Assembly: GCA_017620375.1 (NCBI GenBank) | Contig: JAFZQN010000080.1 | Span: 8,130-72,129, forward strand | Length of the DNA stretch: 64,000 nucleotides | Direction: 5' to 3' | Origin: Lachnospiraceae bacterium | GTDB lineage: Bacteria; Bacillota; Clostridia; Lachnospirales; Lachnospiraceae | Part shown: positions 37,446-46,624 of the stretch, in pieces | Layout of the letters: each line of letters opens with the position of its first letter | Numbering within the stretch: position 1 is the stretch's first letter | Notes under the pieces: generated by a model | Database searches by the model: none | The model's input: only the letters and a program-made list of their open reading frames with translations | What the model was told of the DNA's origin: nothing | Made by a program: the position numbers and the translations under genes

Positions 37446-38618
37446 ATGACGACTATACAGAATTATTTGGCTGAACTTGTTCTTGCTCAACTAAATGGCA
37501 GGAAACCGGTAAATATTCCTGAAAACATAACTACTGATGAAATAATCGACATTGCCGGACGTAATCATATGATTTATCCTCTTTTAGGTGCGTTGATAAA
37601 GACGGATAATGTTCCTGAGGAGAAGGTAAACGATCTGCGCTTTAAAATTCAGAATAGTATATTAATGACATTGGCACAGGTAACTGAACTAAATATACTT
37701 GTAACCGCCCTTGAAAATGCCGGGATCAAGAACCAGCCCATGAAAGGGTCATGCATGAAGTTTATGTATCCATCTCCTGAACTACGAGAAATGAGTGATA
37801 TTGATATCCTTATAGCCGGAGAACAGATGGATGCTGCAGGTAAGGTTATGCTTGAACTGGGATACACCCTTGCGCAGTCGATCAAGCATCATGATATTTA
37901 TATGAAAAAACCGTTTATGGTTGTTGAAATACATCGTGCAATGTACGATAAGACAGTTGACGGTAATCAGTTTGATTATTTTAAGAGTTTTGAAAAGGCT
38001 GTTTTACGAGAAGGAAAAAAGTATACATATGACTTTAATAAAGAAGATTTTTATGTATATATGATCGCACACATGGCAAAACATTTTTATGCTATGGGGT
38101 GTGGTATACGTAATCTTTTAGATGTATATATTTATTTAGAAAAATATGGAAAGGAATTAGATCGTTCTTATCTTGATAGAGAATTAAAAAAATGCGGCAT
38201 TTATGATTTCGCGGTTAATGTAGAGGAACTGGCTTATATCTGGCTCGGTGGAAAAAAGGGCAGTCAATTCTATGATGACCTGTTTCAATATATGGTTGAC
38301 TGCGGTATATATGGTAAAGACGAGAATGGAATATGGCATAAATTTGCAGAAGAAAAGCTTGATGGTAAAGAGGTTACACGAGGAAAGCTTAAAAAATGGT
38401 ACTATTTTCCGCCGCTTTTTTATATGGCAGAGTACTATCCGTGGCTTGAAAAGTTTCCTTTCCTGCTCCCTGTAGCATGGTGTATTCGTGCATTTCGAGG
38501 TATATTTATGAAGAAGGGTATACAAAAAAGAGAAATGTTGAATGTGATAGATGGAGATAAGGCGAAAACATACCAAAATATTTATAAACAGATGAAACTA
38601 AAGTTTAAACATAAATAA
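37446..38618 (+). CDS. Nucleotidyltransferase-fold protein (NTP_transf_5 type) typical of Firmicutes lasso clusters
   Basis: 390 aa with 'MKGSCMKFMYPSPELREMSDIDILI'. Starts 12 nt after the GT2 stop. Confidence 0.7.
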   Translation: MTTIQNYLAELVLAQLNGRKPVNIPENITTDEIIDIAGRNHMIYPLLGALIKTDNVPEEKVNDLRFKIQNSILMTLAQVTELNILVTALENAGIKNQPMKGSCMKFMYPSPELREMSDIDILIAGEQMDAAGKVMLELGYTLAQSIKHHDIYMKKPFMVVEIHRAMYDKTVDGNQFDYFKSFEKAVLREGKKYTYDFNKEDFYVYMIAHMAKHFYAMGCGIRNLLDVYIYLEKYGKELDRSYLDRELKKCGIYDFAVNVEELAYIWLGGKKGSQFYDDLFQYMVDCGIYGKDENGIWHKFAEEKLDGKEVTRGKLKKWYYFPPLFYMAEYYPWLEKFPFLLPVAWCIRAFRGIFMKKGIQKREMLNVIDGDKAKTYQNIYKQMKLKFKHK

Positions 38619-38632
38619 GGGATTTACAGAGA

Positions 38633-39121
38633 ATGGCTAACGAATCAGATAATACTGAAGCAAAAAAAGGTTTTTGGTATAATTGTATATTAGCAAGAGG
38701 ATTCAGGTTTATAAAGTATAACAAAGCCAAGAAGCTTACTGCGCGTGCGATTTTTCTTTCAGCGTATTACAGACTATGCATATTGTTGGTAAAACCCAAG
38801 AAACTTCATAAACGATGGGGTGTGGAAGGTGAAGAGACAAGTATGGATGATGTAATGCCCTGGCAGTACAGATATTCTTACTGGGTTTCCTATGCAGTTG
38901 ATAAGGTGTGTTCAAGGACAGCCTGGGAGAGTAAATGTCTTGTGCGTGCTCTTACTGCCCAGCATCTGTTAAAAAAGAAAGGAATTCCTTCCACTATGTA
39001 CCTTGGGTGTAAAATGGAAGAAGGAAAGATGGTAGCCCATGCTTGGCTTAGGGTAGGAAAATATTATGTTACCGGGGGAAATGGAGAAGGGTATTCTATT
39101 GTTGACCGGTTCCGTACATAA
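38633..39121 (+). CDS. Lasso peptide leader peptidase B2 (transglutaminase-like Cys protease)
   Basis: 162 aa with 'WESKCLVRALTAQHLL' (Cys) and 'VAHAWLRVG' (His). Confidence 0.8.
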   Translation: MANESDNTEAKKGFWYNCILARGFRFIKYNKAKKLTARAIFLSAYYRLCILLVKPKKLHKRWGVEGEETSMDDVMPWQYRYSYWVSYAVDKVCSRTAWESKCLVRALTAQHLLKKKGIPSTMYLGCKMEEGKMVAHAWLRVGKYYVTGGNGEGYSIVDRFRT

Positions 39122-39148
39122 TTAATTTGATAGTTATGAGGTATTGAA

Positions 39149-40957
39149 ATGTCTGCTATATGGGGAGTTGTTGATTTTAACGGAAAAGCCATAGGAAATG
39201 ATATAAAAGAAAAAATGAAAGAGAGTTTTTCCGAATGTAAGATTGATAAGGTGCAAGATATACATAAGGATAATTATTATCTGGCAACAGGTATCCAGAA
39301 TATTGTAGAAGAGGCTCAATTGGAACAGTTTCCCTATACATATATTGATGGCAAAGTGATGGTAGCGGATGCTATAATAGACAATCGTACCGAAATGCTT
39401 ACGGAGTTTAAACTTAAAAATGAACTAAGTTTGAAAGAAATAGATGGAAGTATACTATATGAGTCAGTTGCTGGAAACTTAAGACAATCATTGGAAAAAC
39501 TATGTGGGGCATTTGCATTTGTAGAATATGATGAAAATGAGAAGACGATTTATGTAGCAAATGATGTTGTTGGAACCAGATCCATATATTATTCCTTTTG
39601 TAACGGACGCTTCGTTTTTTCTTCACTTATAAAAACAATCCTTCCCTTTATGCCGACTGTAGAAGTGGAAGAAAAATGGCTCTCACAGTTTATCGACAAT
39701 GACAACTTGTTAATAGTAGACAGTCCTTCGGCCACTCCATATAAAGAAATATATCGTTTAGAGCCCGGAGAATTGCTAATTATAAAAAAAGCAGGGGTAG
39801 AGCATATAGCTTATTGGGATCCGCGGAAAAAAGTTAAGAATTTAAAACTGAAAACCGATGAAGGATATAAAGCTCTTGTTTTGGATACTTTTAAAAAATG
39901 TGTAGAATCAGTTATTCGTACTCCGGGAGAAATTGGAATACTTTTAAGTGGAGGGTTGGATTCTAACGCAGTAGCAGCATATGCTGCACCGTTTTTAAAA
40001 AAAGCCGGAAAAAGACTTTTATCGTATACTTCTGTTCCAAATGATAAGATTGAACCAATTCCCAAGCGATCATATTACGTAAGCAATGAGAGGATTTATA
40101 TAGAAAAATTAAGAGAATACCATTCAAATCTGGAACCACACTTTATTGACGTCTCAAAGATAGATGTAATGAAGGACTTTGAGATAGTTTCCGAAATGAT
40201 TGAATCGCCAGTAAAAACAGTTGTAAATATGTCTTGGATATATGAATTGGTAAAACAGGCAGAATCGGATGGCTGTAAGATCCTTTTGGGAGGTCAATAC
40301 GGTAATATAACGATATCCTACGGATTTCTATATAACCTTTTTGCCACATATAAATATTCTGGTAGATTTATAAAACTGATAAAAGCTGTTAACACATATG
40401 GAAAAAAATATAAAAGAAACAGAAAAAGAGTGCTGAAATATGCATTACAAATAGAGAAAGTGCATTCCTTAAAAAAAGGAAGAACAAAGATGTATGACAA
40501 GGAGGCATTACGTCAAACCGGAGAGACGGAAATGCATGAATCCTTGGCATCAGGTCTGATATTCAGAGATCCCACCAGGGACCGAAGGCTTATTGAACTA
40601 GTGCTTTCTCTTCCTATCAAATGTTTTGTTGATGCTGAAACTGACCGAAGAATGGTTAGAGTATATATGAAAGATATAATTCCGGATATTATATGCTCCG
40701 ACCAATTTCATCGTGGATCTCAAGGGACTTCAGGATTTGATCAGATAAGAAATGACTGGGAAACAATAAAAAGTGATCTTATCCGGAAATATGGTCTTGC
40801 TTCCGGGAAAAAGTATCTGTCAAAAATGAATCTTTGTGAATGGATCGAGAAGATAGACGAAAAAGATAAATCTAATGAATTTAATTTGATGAAGGCTATT
40901 TATCTGGGTTATTTGTGCCAGTATCTTGAAAAAATGAATTCAACTGAAAAGAAGTAA
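39149..40957 (+). CDS. Asparagine-synthetase-like lasso cyclase (C protein), module 2
   Basis: 602 aa with 'MSAIWGV' (no Cys2) and PP-loop 'LLSGGLDSNA'. Confidence 0.85.
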   Translation: MSAIWGVVDFNGKAIGNDIKEKMKESFSECKIDKVQDIHKDNYYLATGIQNIVEEAQLEQFPYTYIDGKVMVADAIIDNRTEMLTEFKLKNELSLKEIDGSILYESVAGNLRQSLEKLCGAFAFVEYDENEKTIYVANDVVGTRSIYYSFCNGRFVFSSLIKTILPFMPTVEVEEKWLSQFIDNDNLLIVDSPSATPYKEIYRLEPGELLIIKKAGVEHIAYWDPRKKVKNLKLKTDEGYKALVLDTFKKCVESVIRTPGEIGILLSGGLDSNAVAAYAAPFLKKAGKRLLSYTSVPNDKIEPIPKRSYYVSNERIYIEKLREYHSNLEPHFIDVSKIDVMKDFEIVSEMIESPVKTVVNMSWIYELVKQAESDGCKILLGGQYGNITISYGFLYNLFATYKYSGRFIKLIKAVNTYGKKYKRNRKRVLKYALQIEKVHSLKKGRTKMYDKEALRQTGETEMHESLASGLIFRDPTRDRRLIELVLSLPIKCFVDAETDRRMVRVYMKDIIPDIICSDQFHRGSQGTSGFDQIRNDWETIKSDLIRKYGLASGKKYLSKMNLCEWIEKIDEKDKSNEFNLMKAIYLGYLCQYLEKMNSTEKK

Positions 40958-40986
40958 ACGGGGGAAGTTGCTCGCGGAGAGAATAG

Positions 40987-41910
40987 ATGAAAAAATATCG
41001 TTATAAAATATATGGTCTTATAGTTGAATCTGAATTGGAAATAGCACAAGCAACATCACTTTCAGTTGATAGGAAATCTTTAGAAAATGATGTTGAAATA
41101 GTATTTGGTGAAATACCCGAAAGATTAAGAAAAGCAGGAGAAGAAGGGTATGGATCATGGATCAACGGGTTTAAGGCTGCATGGTTTAATACGAAAGGTA
41201 CGGCACAATACCTTATTACCGGAGGAAATAAGATCGTAGTCCGTCCTTATCCTGATCCGGATGAAAAGTTGATGGTCTCAATGATACTCAGCGCAGGAAT
41301 GTCATTGATCCTTCTTCAAAGAAATGAGCCTGTTTTTCATGGAAGCGTTATAGAAAAAGAAGGATATGCATATATAATATCAGGTACCAGTGGAGCCGGA
41401 AAATCAACAGTAACTATGGAACTGTTAAAAGACAATGCTTGGCTGTTTATGGCTGATGATACCGTGCGATTGTCATTGGATAATGGGAAAATTCATTGTT
41501 ATCCAACATATCCACAACAAAAAGTATGTCGTGATCTGGCCTGCCGCATGGGGCTTGACTTAAGCGATATGATTTATATCGATGAGGGAAGAGATAAATT
41601 TGCATACAAAAGAACGGACAGATATTATGATCATACTGCAGAGCTGAAGAGTATATATATAATTAACAAAAGTAAAAATGTCTGTGAAGTAAAATATGAG
41701 AAATTACAGGGAATGGATTATGTTCATGCGTTTATAAATAACTTGTACCTTTCGGATAATTATAAACGAGATACGGGAGTTCCGAATGAATTTATGAAAC
41801 TGATAAATCTATTATTTCATCAGGCAGATATTTATCTTATTACTCGCCCTGAAGAAGGGGATACCGTAAAAAATGTTGTAGATACAATAAGATTCTTACA
41901 AAGTTGTTAG
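40987..41910 (+). CDS. HPr-kinase-like kinase (PadeK-type), module 2
   Basis: 307 aa with 'YKIYG', 'FHGSVIEKEGYAYIISGTSGAGKSTVT' and 'YPTYPQQKVC'. Confidence 0.8.
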   Translation: MKKYRYKIYGLIVESELEIAQATSLSVDRKSLENDVEIVFGEIPERLRKAGEEGYGSWINGFKAAWFNTKGTAQYLITGGNKIVVRPYPDPDEKLMVSMILSAGMSLILLQRNEPVFHGSVIEKEGYAYIISGTSGAGKSTVTMELLKDNAWLFMADDTVRLSLDNGKIHCYPTYPQQKVCRDLACRMGLDLSDMIYIDEGRDKFAYKRTDRYYDHTAELKSIYIINKSKNVCEVKYEKLQGMDYVHAFINNLYLSDNYKRDTGVPNEFMKLINLLFHQADIYLITRPEEGDTVKNVVDTIRFLQSC

Positions 41911-41915
41911 AAAGA

Positions 41916-41944
41916 TTTACTTTTTTTAATCAACGGTGTATTAT
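41916..41944 (+). promoter_or_regulatory. Promoter candidate in front of the tandem precursors
   Basis: TTTACT, 17-nt spacer, TATTAT. Confidence 0.3.
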
Positions 41945-41997
41945 TACAGCGATAGTTAAGGAATTACATTAACAGATTAATTAAGGAGGAAAAAAAA

Positions 41998-42183
41998 ATG
42001 AAGACATGGACAAGTCCTGTAGTAGAAGAACTTGATGTTAAGGTTACTGAGTATGATCCCAATGGTGGTACTAGACCCGATGCATTTCTTAAAGATGAGC
42101 ATACAGGAGAAATAACAAAGTACTTATATGGACCTTCTGCAGGAGATGCAGGTGATCCTACAATTGTTGGTACAGAGGCATAA
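41998..42183 (+). CDS. Lasso-type precursor peptide P3 (61 aa)
   Basis: MKTWTSPVVEELDVKVTEYDPNGGTRPDAFLKDEH...IVGTEA. RBS AAGGAGG. Confidence 0.75.
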   Translation: MKTWTSPVVEELDVKVTEYDPNGGTRPDAFLKDEHTGEITKYLYGPSAGDAGDPTIVGTEA

Positions 42184-42205
42184 TTTTATTTTTTGGAGGT
42201 CAAGT

Positions 42206-42394
42206 ATGAAGAAGTGGGAAAACCCTGAGATGGTTAAACTTAACATTAATATGACAGCATATGGTGATGATACAAGTAAGGAGCCTGATTGGACTATTTA
42301 TTCAATCGGCGGAGATAAGATTCTTGATCAGACATTTGGACCTTCAGGATCAGAACATCCTGCAGATGCTGTTGTTAAACAGACACAGCCTTAA
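42206..42394 (+). CDS. Lasso-type precursor peptide P4 (62 aa)
   Basis: MKKWENPEMVKLNINMTAYGDDTSKEPDW...VVKQTQP. This is an internal ATG of the 88-aa track ORF, with RBS GGAGG 5 nt upstream. Confidence 0.75.
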   Translation: MKKWENPEMVKLNINMTAYGDDTSKEPDWTIYSIGGDKILDQTFGPSGSEHPADAVVKQTQP

Positions 42395-42412
42395 TATGGT
42401 ATATATTTAAAG

Positions 42413-42452
42413 GAAAAGAATCCGAAGTTTTTACTTCGGATTTTCTTTTGTT
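42413..42452 (+). terminator. Rho-independent terminator after the precursors and before B1/exporter
   Basis: gaaaagaatccgaagt-tttt-acttcggattttcttt followed by TGTTT. Confidence 0.75.
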
Positions 42453-42517
42453 TGCATTTATACTTTATATATGATAAAATAACCTAGAATATGTATTAAT
42501 ATTTTGGGAGGTTTACG

Positions 42518-42781
42518 ATGGACAAAGATACAAAAATAGTATTAAAAAAGAAACTTAATGTTACAGATCTTGCCGGTGAGAAGGTAATGGTAGATTTTGA
42601 TAGTGGTAAGTATTTCCTTATTAAGGGTGTCGGAAACGATATATGGGAGATGATCCAGAATGAAATTACCCCCAACGAGATAATAGACAAACTGCTTTCT
42701 GAGTACGATGTAAACAGGGAGGAATGTGAGAAGTCTGTTATGGAATTCCTTAAGAAAATGGAAGGCTATAATTTTATTTAA
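42518..42781 (+). CDS. PqqD-family leader-recognition protein (lasso B1 / RRE)
   Basis: 87 aa with 'VTDLAGEKVMVDFDSGKYFLIKGVGNDIWEMI...EECEKSVMEFLKKM'. Confidence 0.8.
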   Translation: MDKDTKIVLKKKLNVTDLAGEKVMVDFDSGKYFLIKGVGNDIWEMIQNEITPNEIIDKLLSEYDVNREECEKSVMEFLKKMEGYNFI

Positions 42782-42793
42782 CTGGTATAAAAA

Positions 42794-44473
42794 ATGGGAA
42801 AACTGAAAGAAGCATGGAAAGACAGGGATAACCAATATAAATATGCTAAATGGCTGATGAAGTATTCTAAGCCATATATGGGTCGTATTACACTTATGAT
42901 GGCGTTTAGCATTATTTCAACGGTGGTCTCTCTATGGATGGTGCAGATATCCAAAAATATTATAGATAATGCTACCGGTGGCAATAAGTTTGTCACTCTG
43001 CTTATTGTATATTTTTGTTTAATGATCGCTATGCAAGTAGTGGGTATAGTATCTACACTATTATCAGCGATACTTAGTGAGAAATTCTCATTTGGTATTA
43101 GGAAGCAGATATATGATAAGATTATCAGATCGCATTGGATGGATGTAAAGAGGTATCATACGGGCGATCTTATGACCAGGCTTACCAGCGATGCAGGAGC
43201 TATAGCAGATGGTATCATTGGAACAATACCCAATATCATAATCTTGTTTGTAGAACTGTTGATGGTGTTTGTTACATTATTTATTTATTCACCGTTACTT
43301 GCAGTATTTGCAATGCTTGTTGCACCTGTTGCGGCTTTGGTATCCTTCTTCCTGGGAAAGAAGCTGAAAAAGCTGCAAATAAAGGTTCAGGAATCGGAAT
43401 CTAATTATCGCTCATTCCTTCAGGAAAGTTTGGCAAATCTTCTCGTGGTAAAATCATTTGCAAATGAGGACTATTCTGTTGACAGGCTTACTACTCTTAG
43501 AGAAGAACGTTTCAAATGGGTCTTTAAAAAGACCAAGATGAGTATAGCCAGTAGTACTGTGATGTCTATGACATTTCAGCTGGGATATATTGTAGCCTTT
43601 GCCTATGGAGCATGGCAGATTTCTACCGGACAGATCACATATGGTACCATGACGGTGTTTCTTACTTTGGTAAACAGGGTACAAAGTCCGATAATCGGTT
43701 TGGCGCAACAGATTCCGAGAGTAGTATCGGTACTAGCTTCAGCGGGACGAGTTATAGAGTTACAGAATATTCCCGTAGAGGAACGTTTACCGGAAGTAGT
43801 GACCTCTGACAAGATCGGTGTGGATATAGAAAATCTTACTTTTGGATATACAGATGAGATCGTACTTGATAATGTGTCCTTAAATATCAAGCCGGGTGAA
43901 TTTGTTGCAATTATCGGTGAATCCGGCATAGGAAAAACTACTTTGCTGCGTATTATTATGTCTTTCATGGGTAATTATACAGGAAAAGTGGACTTCTTTG
44001 ATGAGAATGGGTTAACGGACCCTGCAAATGCCAATACAAGAAGATTTATATCGTATGTACCTCAGGGTAATACCTTATTCAGCGGTACAGTCAGAGAAAA
44101 CATACGCATGGGTAAACTTGATGCTACGGATGAAGAAATGTGGGATGCATTGAAGCTTTCCGCAGGATATGACTTTGTCAAGGAGTTACCTAACGGTCTT
44201 TATACTGTCATAGGTGAGAGAGGACATGGTATCTCGGAAGGTCAGGCACAGCGTATAGCTATAGCGAGAGCTTTTGTACGAAAAGCTCCGCTGCTTATCC
44301 TGGATGAAGCTACATCTGCTCTTGATGAGAATACTGAGAAGGAAGTAATAAAAGGTCTTCAGCAGCTTGAGCCGCGTCCGACCTGTATAGTTGTTACTCA
44401 TAGAAAGAGTATACTTACTTATTGTGACCGAGAGATCAAGATTGAGAACAAAAACATGGAAGAGATACAGTAA
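42794..44473 (+). CDS. ABC exporter, fused TMD-NBD (McjD-like lasso export/immunity candidate)
   Basis: 559 aa with Walker A 'GESGIGKTTL', signature 'ISEGQAQRIAIARA' and Walker B 'LLILDEATS'. No C39 peptidase domain. Confidence 0.85.
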   Translation: MGKLKEAWKDRDNQYKYAKWLMKYSKPYMGRITLMMAFSIISTVVSLWMVQISKNIIDNATGGNKFVTLLIVYFCLMIAMQVVGIVSTLLSAILSEKFSFGIRKQIYDKIIRSHWMDVKRYHTGDLMTRLTSDAGAIADGIIGTIPNIIILFVELLMVFVTLFIYSPLLAVFAMLVAPVAALVSFFLGKKLKKLQIKVQESESNYRSFLQESLANLLVVKSFANEDYSVDRLTTLREERFKWVFKKTKMSIASSTVMSMTFQLGYIVAFAYGAWQISTGQITYGTMTVFLTLVNRVQSPIIGLAQQIPRVVSVLASAGRVIELQNIPVEERLPEVVTSDKIGVDIENLTFGYTDEIVLDNVSLNIKPGEFVAIIGESGIGKTTLLRIIMSFMGNYTGKVDFFDENGLTDPANANTRRFISYVPQGNTLFSGTVRENIRMGKLDATDEEMWDALKLSAGYDFVKELPNGLYTVIGERGHGISEGQAQRIAIARAFVRKAPLLILDEATSALDENTEKEVIKGLQQLEPRPTCIVVTHRKSILTYCDREIKIENKNMEEIQ

Positions 44474-45320
44474 ATGTAGTGCCTTGACCTAAAGTACTTT
44501 CGGCATTTATAGTTCCTCCGTGCCGTTCCACTATAGCGCGTGCGATGGAAAGACCGAGACCGCTGCCGGAGGTTTCTCCGGGGGTACGGGCATTTGAAAC
44601 AGTATATGTTCTGGTAAATATATGGGGTAGTGCTTCGGGCGCTATCCCATTTCCATTATCAGATACGGATATTATAAGTTGTGCGCTGGAAGGTGAAAAA
44701 ACACTAGGATTCTCTACGTTATTCTTAGAACTAGGTTTATAGATATGAGCACTAAGTCGAATGTAGGTTGCCTTTTCTCCGGCATATTTAGCTGCGTTTG
44801 TAAGTAAATTATCAAGGACGCGTACGATTTTCTGTGGTTCGATATTTATAACGCAGTTTAAATCTGCAGGGACGTCCAGTAGCATGTCAAACCGGTCATA
44901 TCGGGAATCTATGATAGCATCATAGTAGTATTCTTCCAGAAATGTACAGGCATCAACAGATTGAATCTTTAATGGACGGGCTTCATCTTCGACATTGAAA
45001 AGATAATACATATCGTTGATGAGTTCCTCTAAAGAGGATGTACGTCTGTCAATAAGCGAAAAAAGTTTCCTGCTTTCATCAATGGAAAGATTATCGGAGG
45101 TCAATGCCAAATCTATTGCACTGCGGATGGCAGTGATCGGAGCTCTTAAGTCATGAGAGATATTGGCAAGCATCATTTCTCTTTCTTTCTGGAGAGTCCG
45201 GAGCCTGGAATGAGCCTCTAACAATTCACTTGTCAATTCTTCTACGGATTTTGTTTCAAGGTTTGGTGATTGGAAAGCTTTGCTCATTTTTCGTATCATG
45301 CCGCAGACATGCTTACACAT
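44436..45320 (-). CDS. Histidine kinase core (DHp + HATPase) without recognisable sensor or TM region
   Basis: 294 aa with H-box 'ISHDLRAPITAI', 'DNGNGI' and 'GSGLGLSIA'. No RBS at the ATG at 45320. The 3' end overlaps the convergent exporter gene by 38 nt. Confidence 0.65.
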   Translation of the reverse strand: MCKHVCGMIRKMSKAFQSPNLETKSVEELTSELLEAHSRLRTLQKEREMMLANISHDLRAPITAIRSAIDLALTSDNLSIDESRKLFSLIDRRTSSLEELINDMYYLFNVEDEARPLKIQSVDACTFLEEYYYDAIIDSRYDRFDMLLDVPADLNCVINIEPQKIVRVLDNLLTNAAKYAGEKATYIRLSAHIYKPSSKNNVENPSVFSPSSAQLIISVSDNGNGIAPEALPHIFTRTYTVSNARTPGETSGSGLGLSIARAIVERHGGTINAESTLGQGTTFTVSLPCFCSQS

Positions 45321-45402
45321 CGGGGTCGTGCCTGGAGCGACACCGATGGAAGTTTGAAAATGTAACTCTCAAACTTTATCTCCTAAGAAAAAACAGTATG
45401 GC

Positions 45403-46095
45403 TCACTTTACTATGAATTTATACCCTTTTGACCAAACAGTTTCGACCATGTTATATAGGGTATAATCAATATTCATTTTTTTGCGGAGCCTACTTACAT
45501 TTACCATTATCGTACGTCTGTCAAGTTCGCTGTATGTTCCGAATAGAGACTTACCAAGTTCTTCGAAGGTGATGGTCTGGTTCGGATGAGAGCAGAAATA
45601 CATTAGAATATCATAATCGCGATTGGTGAGTTCCAAGTCTTTATCCATATAAAAAGCCTTATGAAGAGCCATGTCAATCTTGAGATCGCCGAAAACAAGA
45701 GTGTTTTGGTCGGTTTTTGGGGCGGTGAGCATACCTGCGCGCCTTAATTGAGCGTCTATGCGGGCTTTAAGCTCTTTTAGGCTAAAGGGTTTAATGATAT
45801 AATCGTCGCCACCGGTTACAAGTCCTTTTATTTTGTCATCTTCGGATACTTTACCTGTGAGGAATATGATAGGGATGGCGGAAAATTGTCTGATCCTGCT
45901 ACATAGTTCATATCCATCCATGCCGGGCATCATAACATCAAGGACTATAAGGTCCGGATGTTTGGCCTTTGCGATATTAAGACCCAGTAGGGGATTTGAA
46001 GCGGTATAAACTTTAAAATCCTGCGAAACAAGGTATTTTTTGTTCATCTCCAAAACTGCAGCATCATCATCAATCAGTAAAAGTGTGGCAGCCAT
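45403..46095 (-). CDS. OmpR/PhoB-family response regulator
   Basis: 230 aa with 'LLLIDDD', 'DLIVLDVMMPGMDG' and a C-terminal winged helix. Confidence 0.88.
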   Translation of the reverse strand: MAATLLLIDDDAAVLEMNKKYLVSQDFKVYTASNPLLGLNIAKAKHPDLIVLDVMMPGMDGYELCSRIRQFSAIPIIFLTGKVSEDDKIKGLVTGGDDYIIKPFSLKELKARIDAQLRRAGMLTAPKTDQNTLVFGDLKIDMALHKAFYMDKDLELTNRDYDILMYFCSHPNQTITFEELGKSLFGTYSELDRRTIMVNVSRLRKKMNIDYTLYNMVETVWSKGYKFIVK

Positions 46096-46239
46096 ATGGT
46101 CCCCCTTTTGTATAGACTATAGGAAAAGTAACTTAAGTATTTCTAATTATAACATACAAGGTATTCAATCGCAAATGCTATTTCGTAGCAAATTGGCAAA
46201 AACTGTACAGATTTGCTTATAATTGAATTATATGGAAAT

Positions 46240-46286
46240 AAAAGACAAAAACAGGTGATCCATGCTTTATGACACGTATCACCTGT
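46240..46286 (-). terminator. Rho-independent terminator downstream of precursor P5
   Basis: Minus strand: acaggtgat-...-atcacctgt followed by TTTTGTCTTTT. Confidence 0.65.
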
Positions 46287-46322
46287 CTGCGATCAATTAT
46301 TTTTCTTAAGAAACAACTTATA

Positions 46323-46535
46323 TTATTGTTCTCCCCATCCGCCTGTCCAAAAAGGATTATTCTCTTTAACTTCTTTTTCTGATTTACCATTTCCTTCCCA
46401 ATAGGGGTTATGGCATCTTCCGAGGTCTTCATCATATTCTTCATAACTTTCTTCGTTAGTATCTACCCAATAAATACCATTTGTTGTATCTTTAACATTG
46501 ATCTCATCTAAAACAGGTTTCTTCCACTCTTTCAT
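46323..46535 (-). CDS. Lasso-type precursor-like peptide P5 (70 aa)
   Basis: MKEWKKPVLDEINVKDTTNGIYWVDTNEE...FWTGGWGEQ. RBS GGAG 9 nt upstream. Confidence 0.65.
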   Translation of the reverse strand: MKEWKKPVLDEINVKDTTNGIYWVDTNEESYEEYDEDLGRCHNPYWEGNGKSEKEVKENNPFWTGGWGEQ

Positions 46536-46624
46536 TTAGATACACTCCAATCTTTATCATATTTTAAAAACTATTTAAAGTTTATCACAGGCATATAAAA
46601 AAGAAAAGAATTATAACAAAAATG

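Noticed and set aside
42128-42205. Upstream part of the 88-aa track ORF overlapping the end of P3
   Set aside because: It has no RBS and overlaps P3. The internal ATG at 42206 has a GGAGG RBS and yields the conserved MKKWENP leader.
13381-46535. Reading the five small peptides as class II double-glycine bacteriocins or lanthipeptide precursors
   Set aside because: None has a GG/GA leader cleavage motif. The exporter has no C39 peptidase domain. There is no LanB/C/M or radical-SAM enzyme. The neighbourhood (Asn-synthetase homologue, transglutaminase-like protease, PqqD, HPr-kinase-like protein) is lasso-specific.
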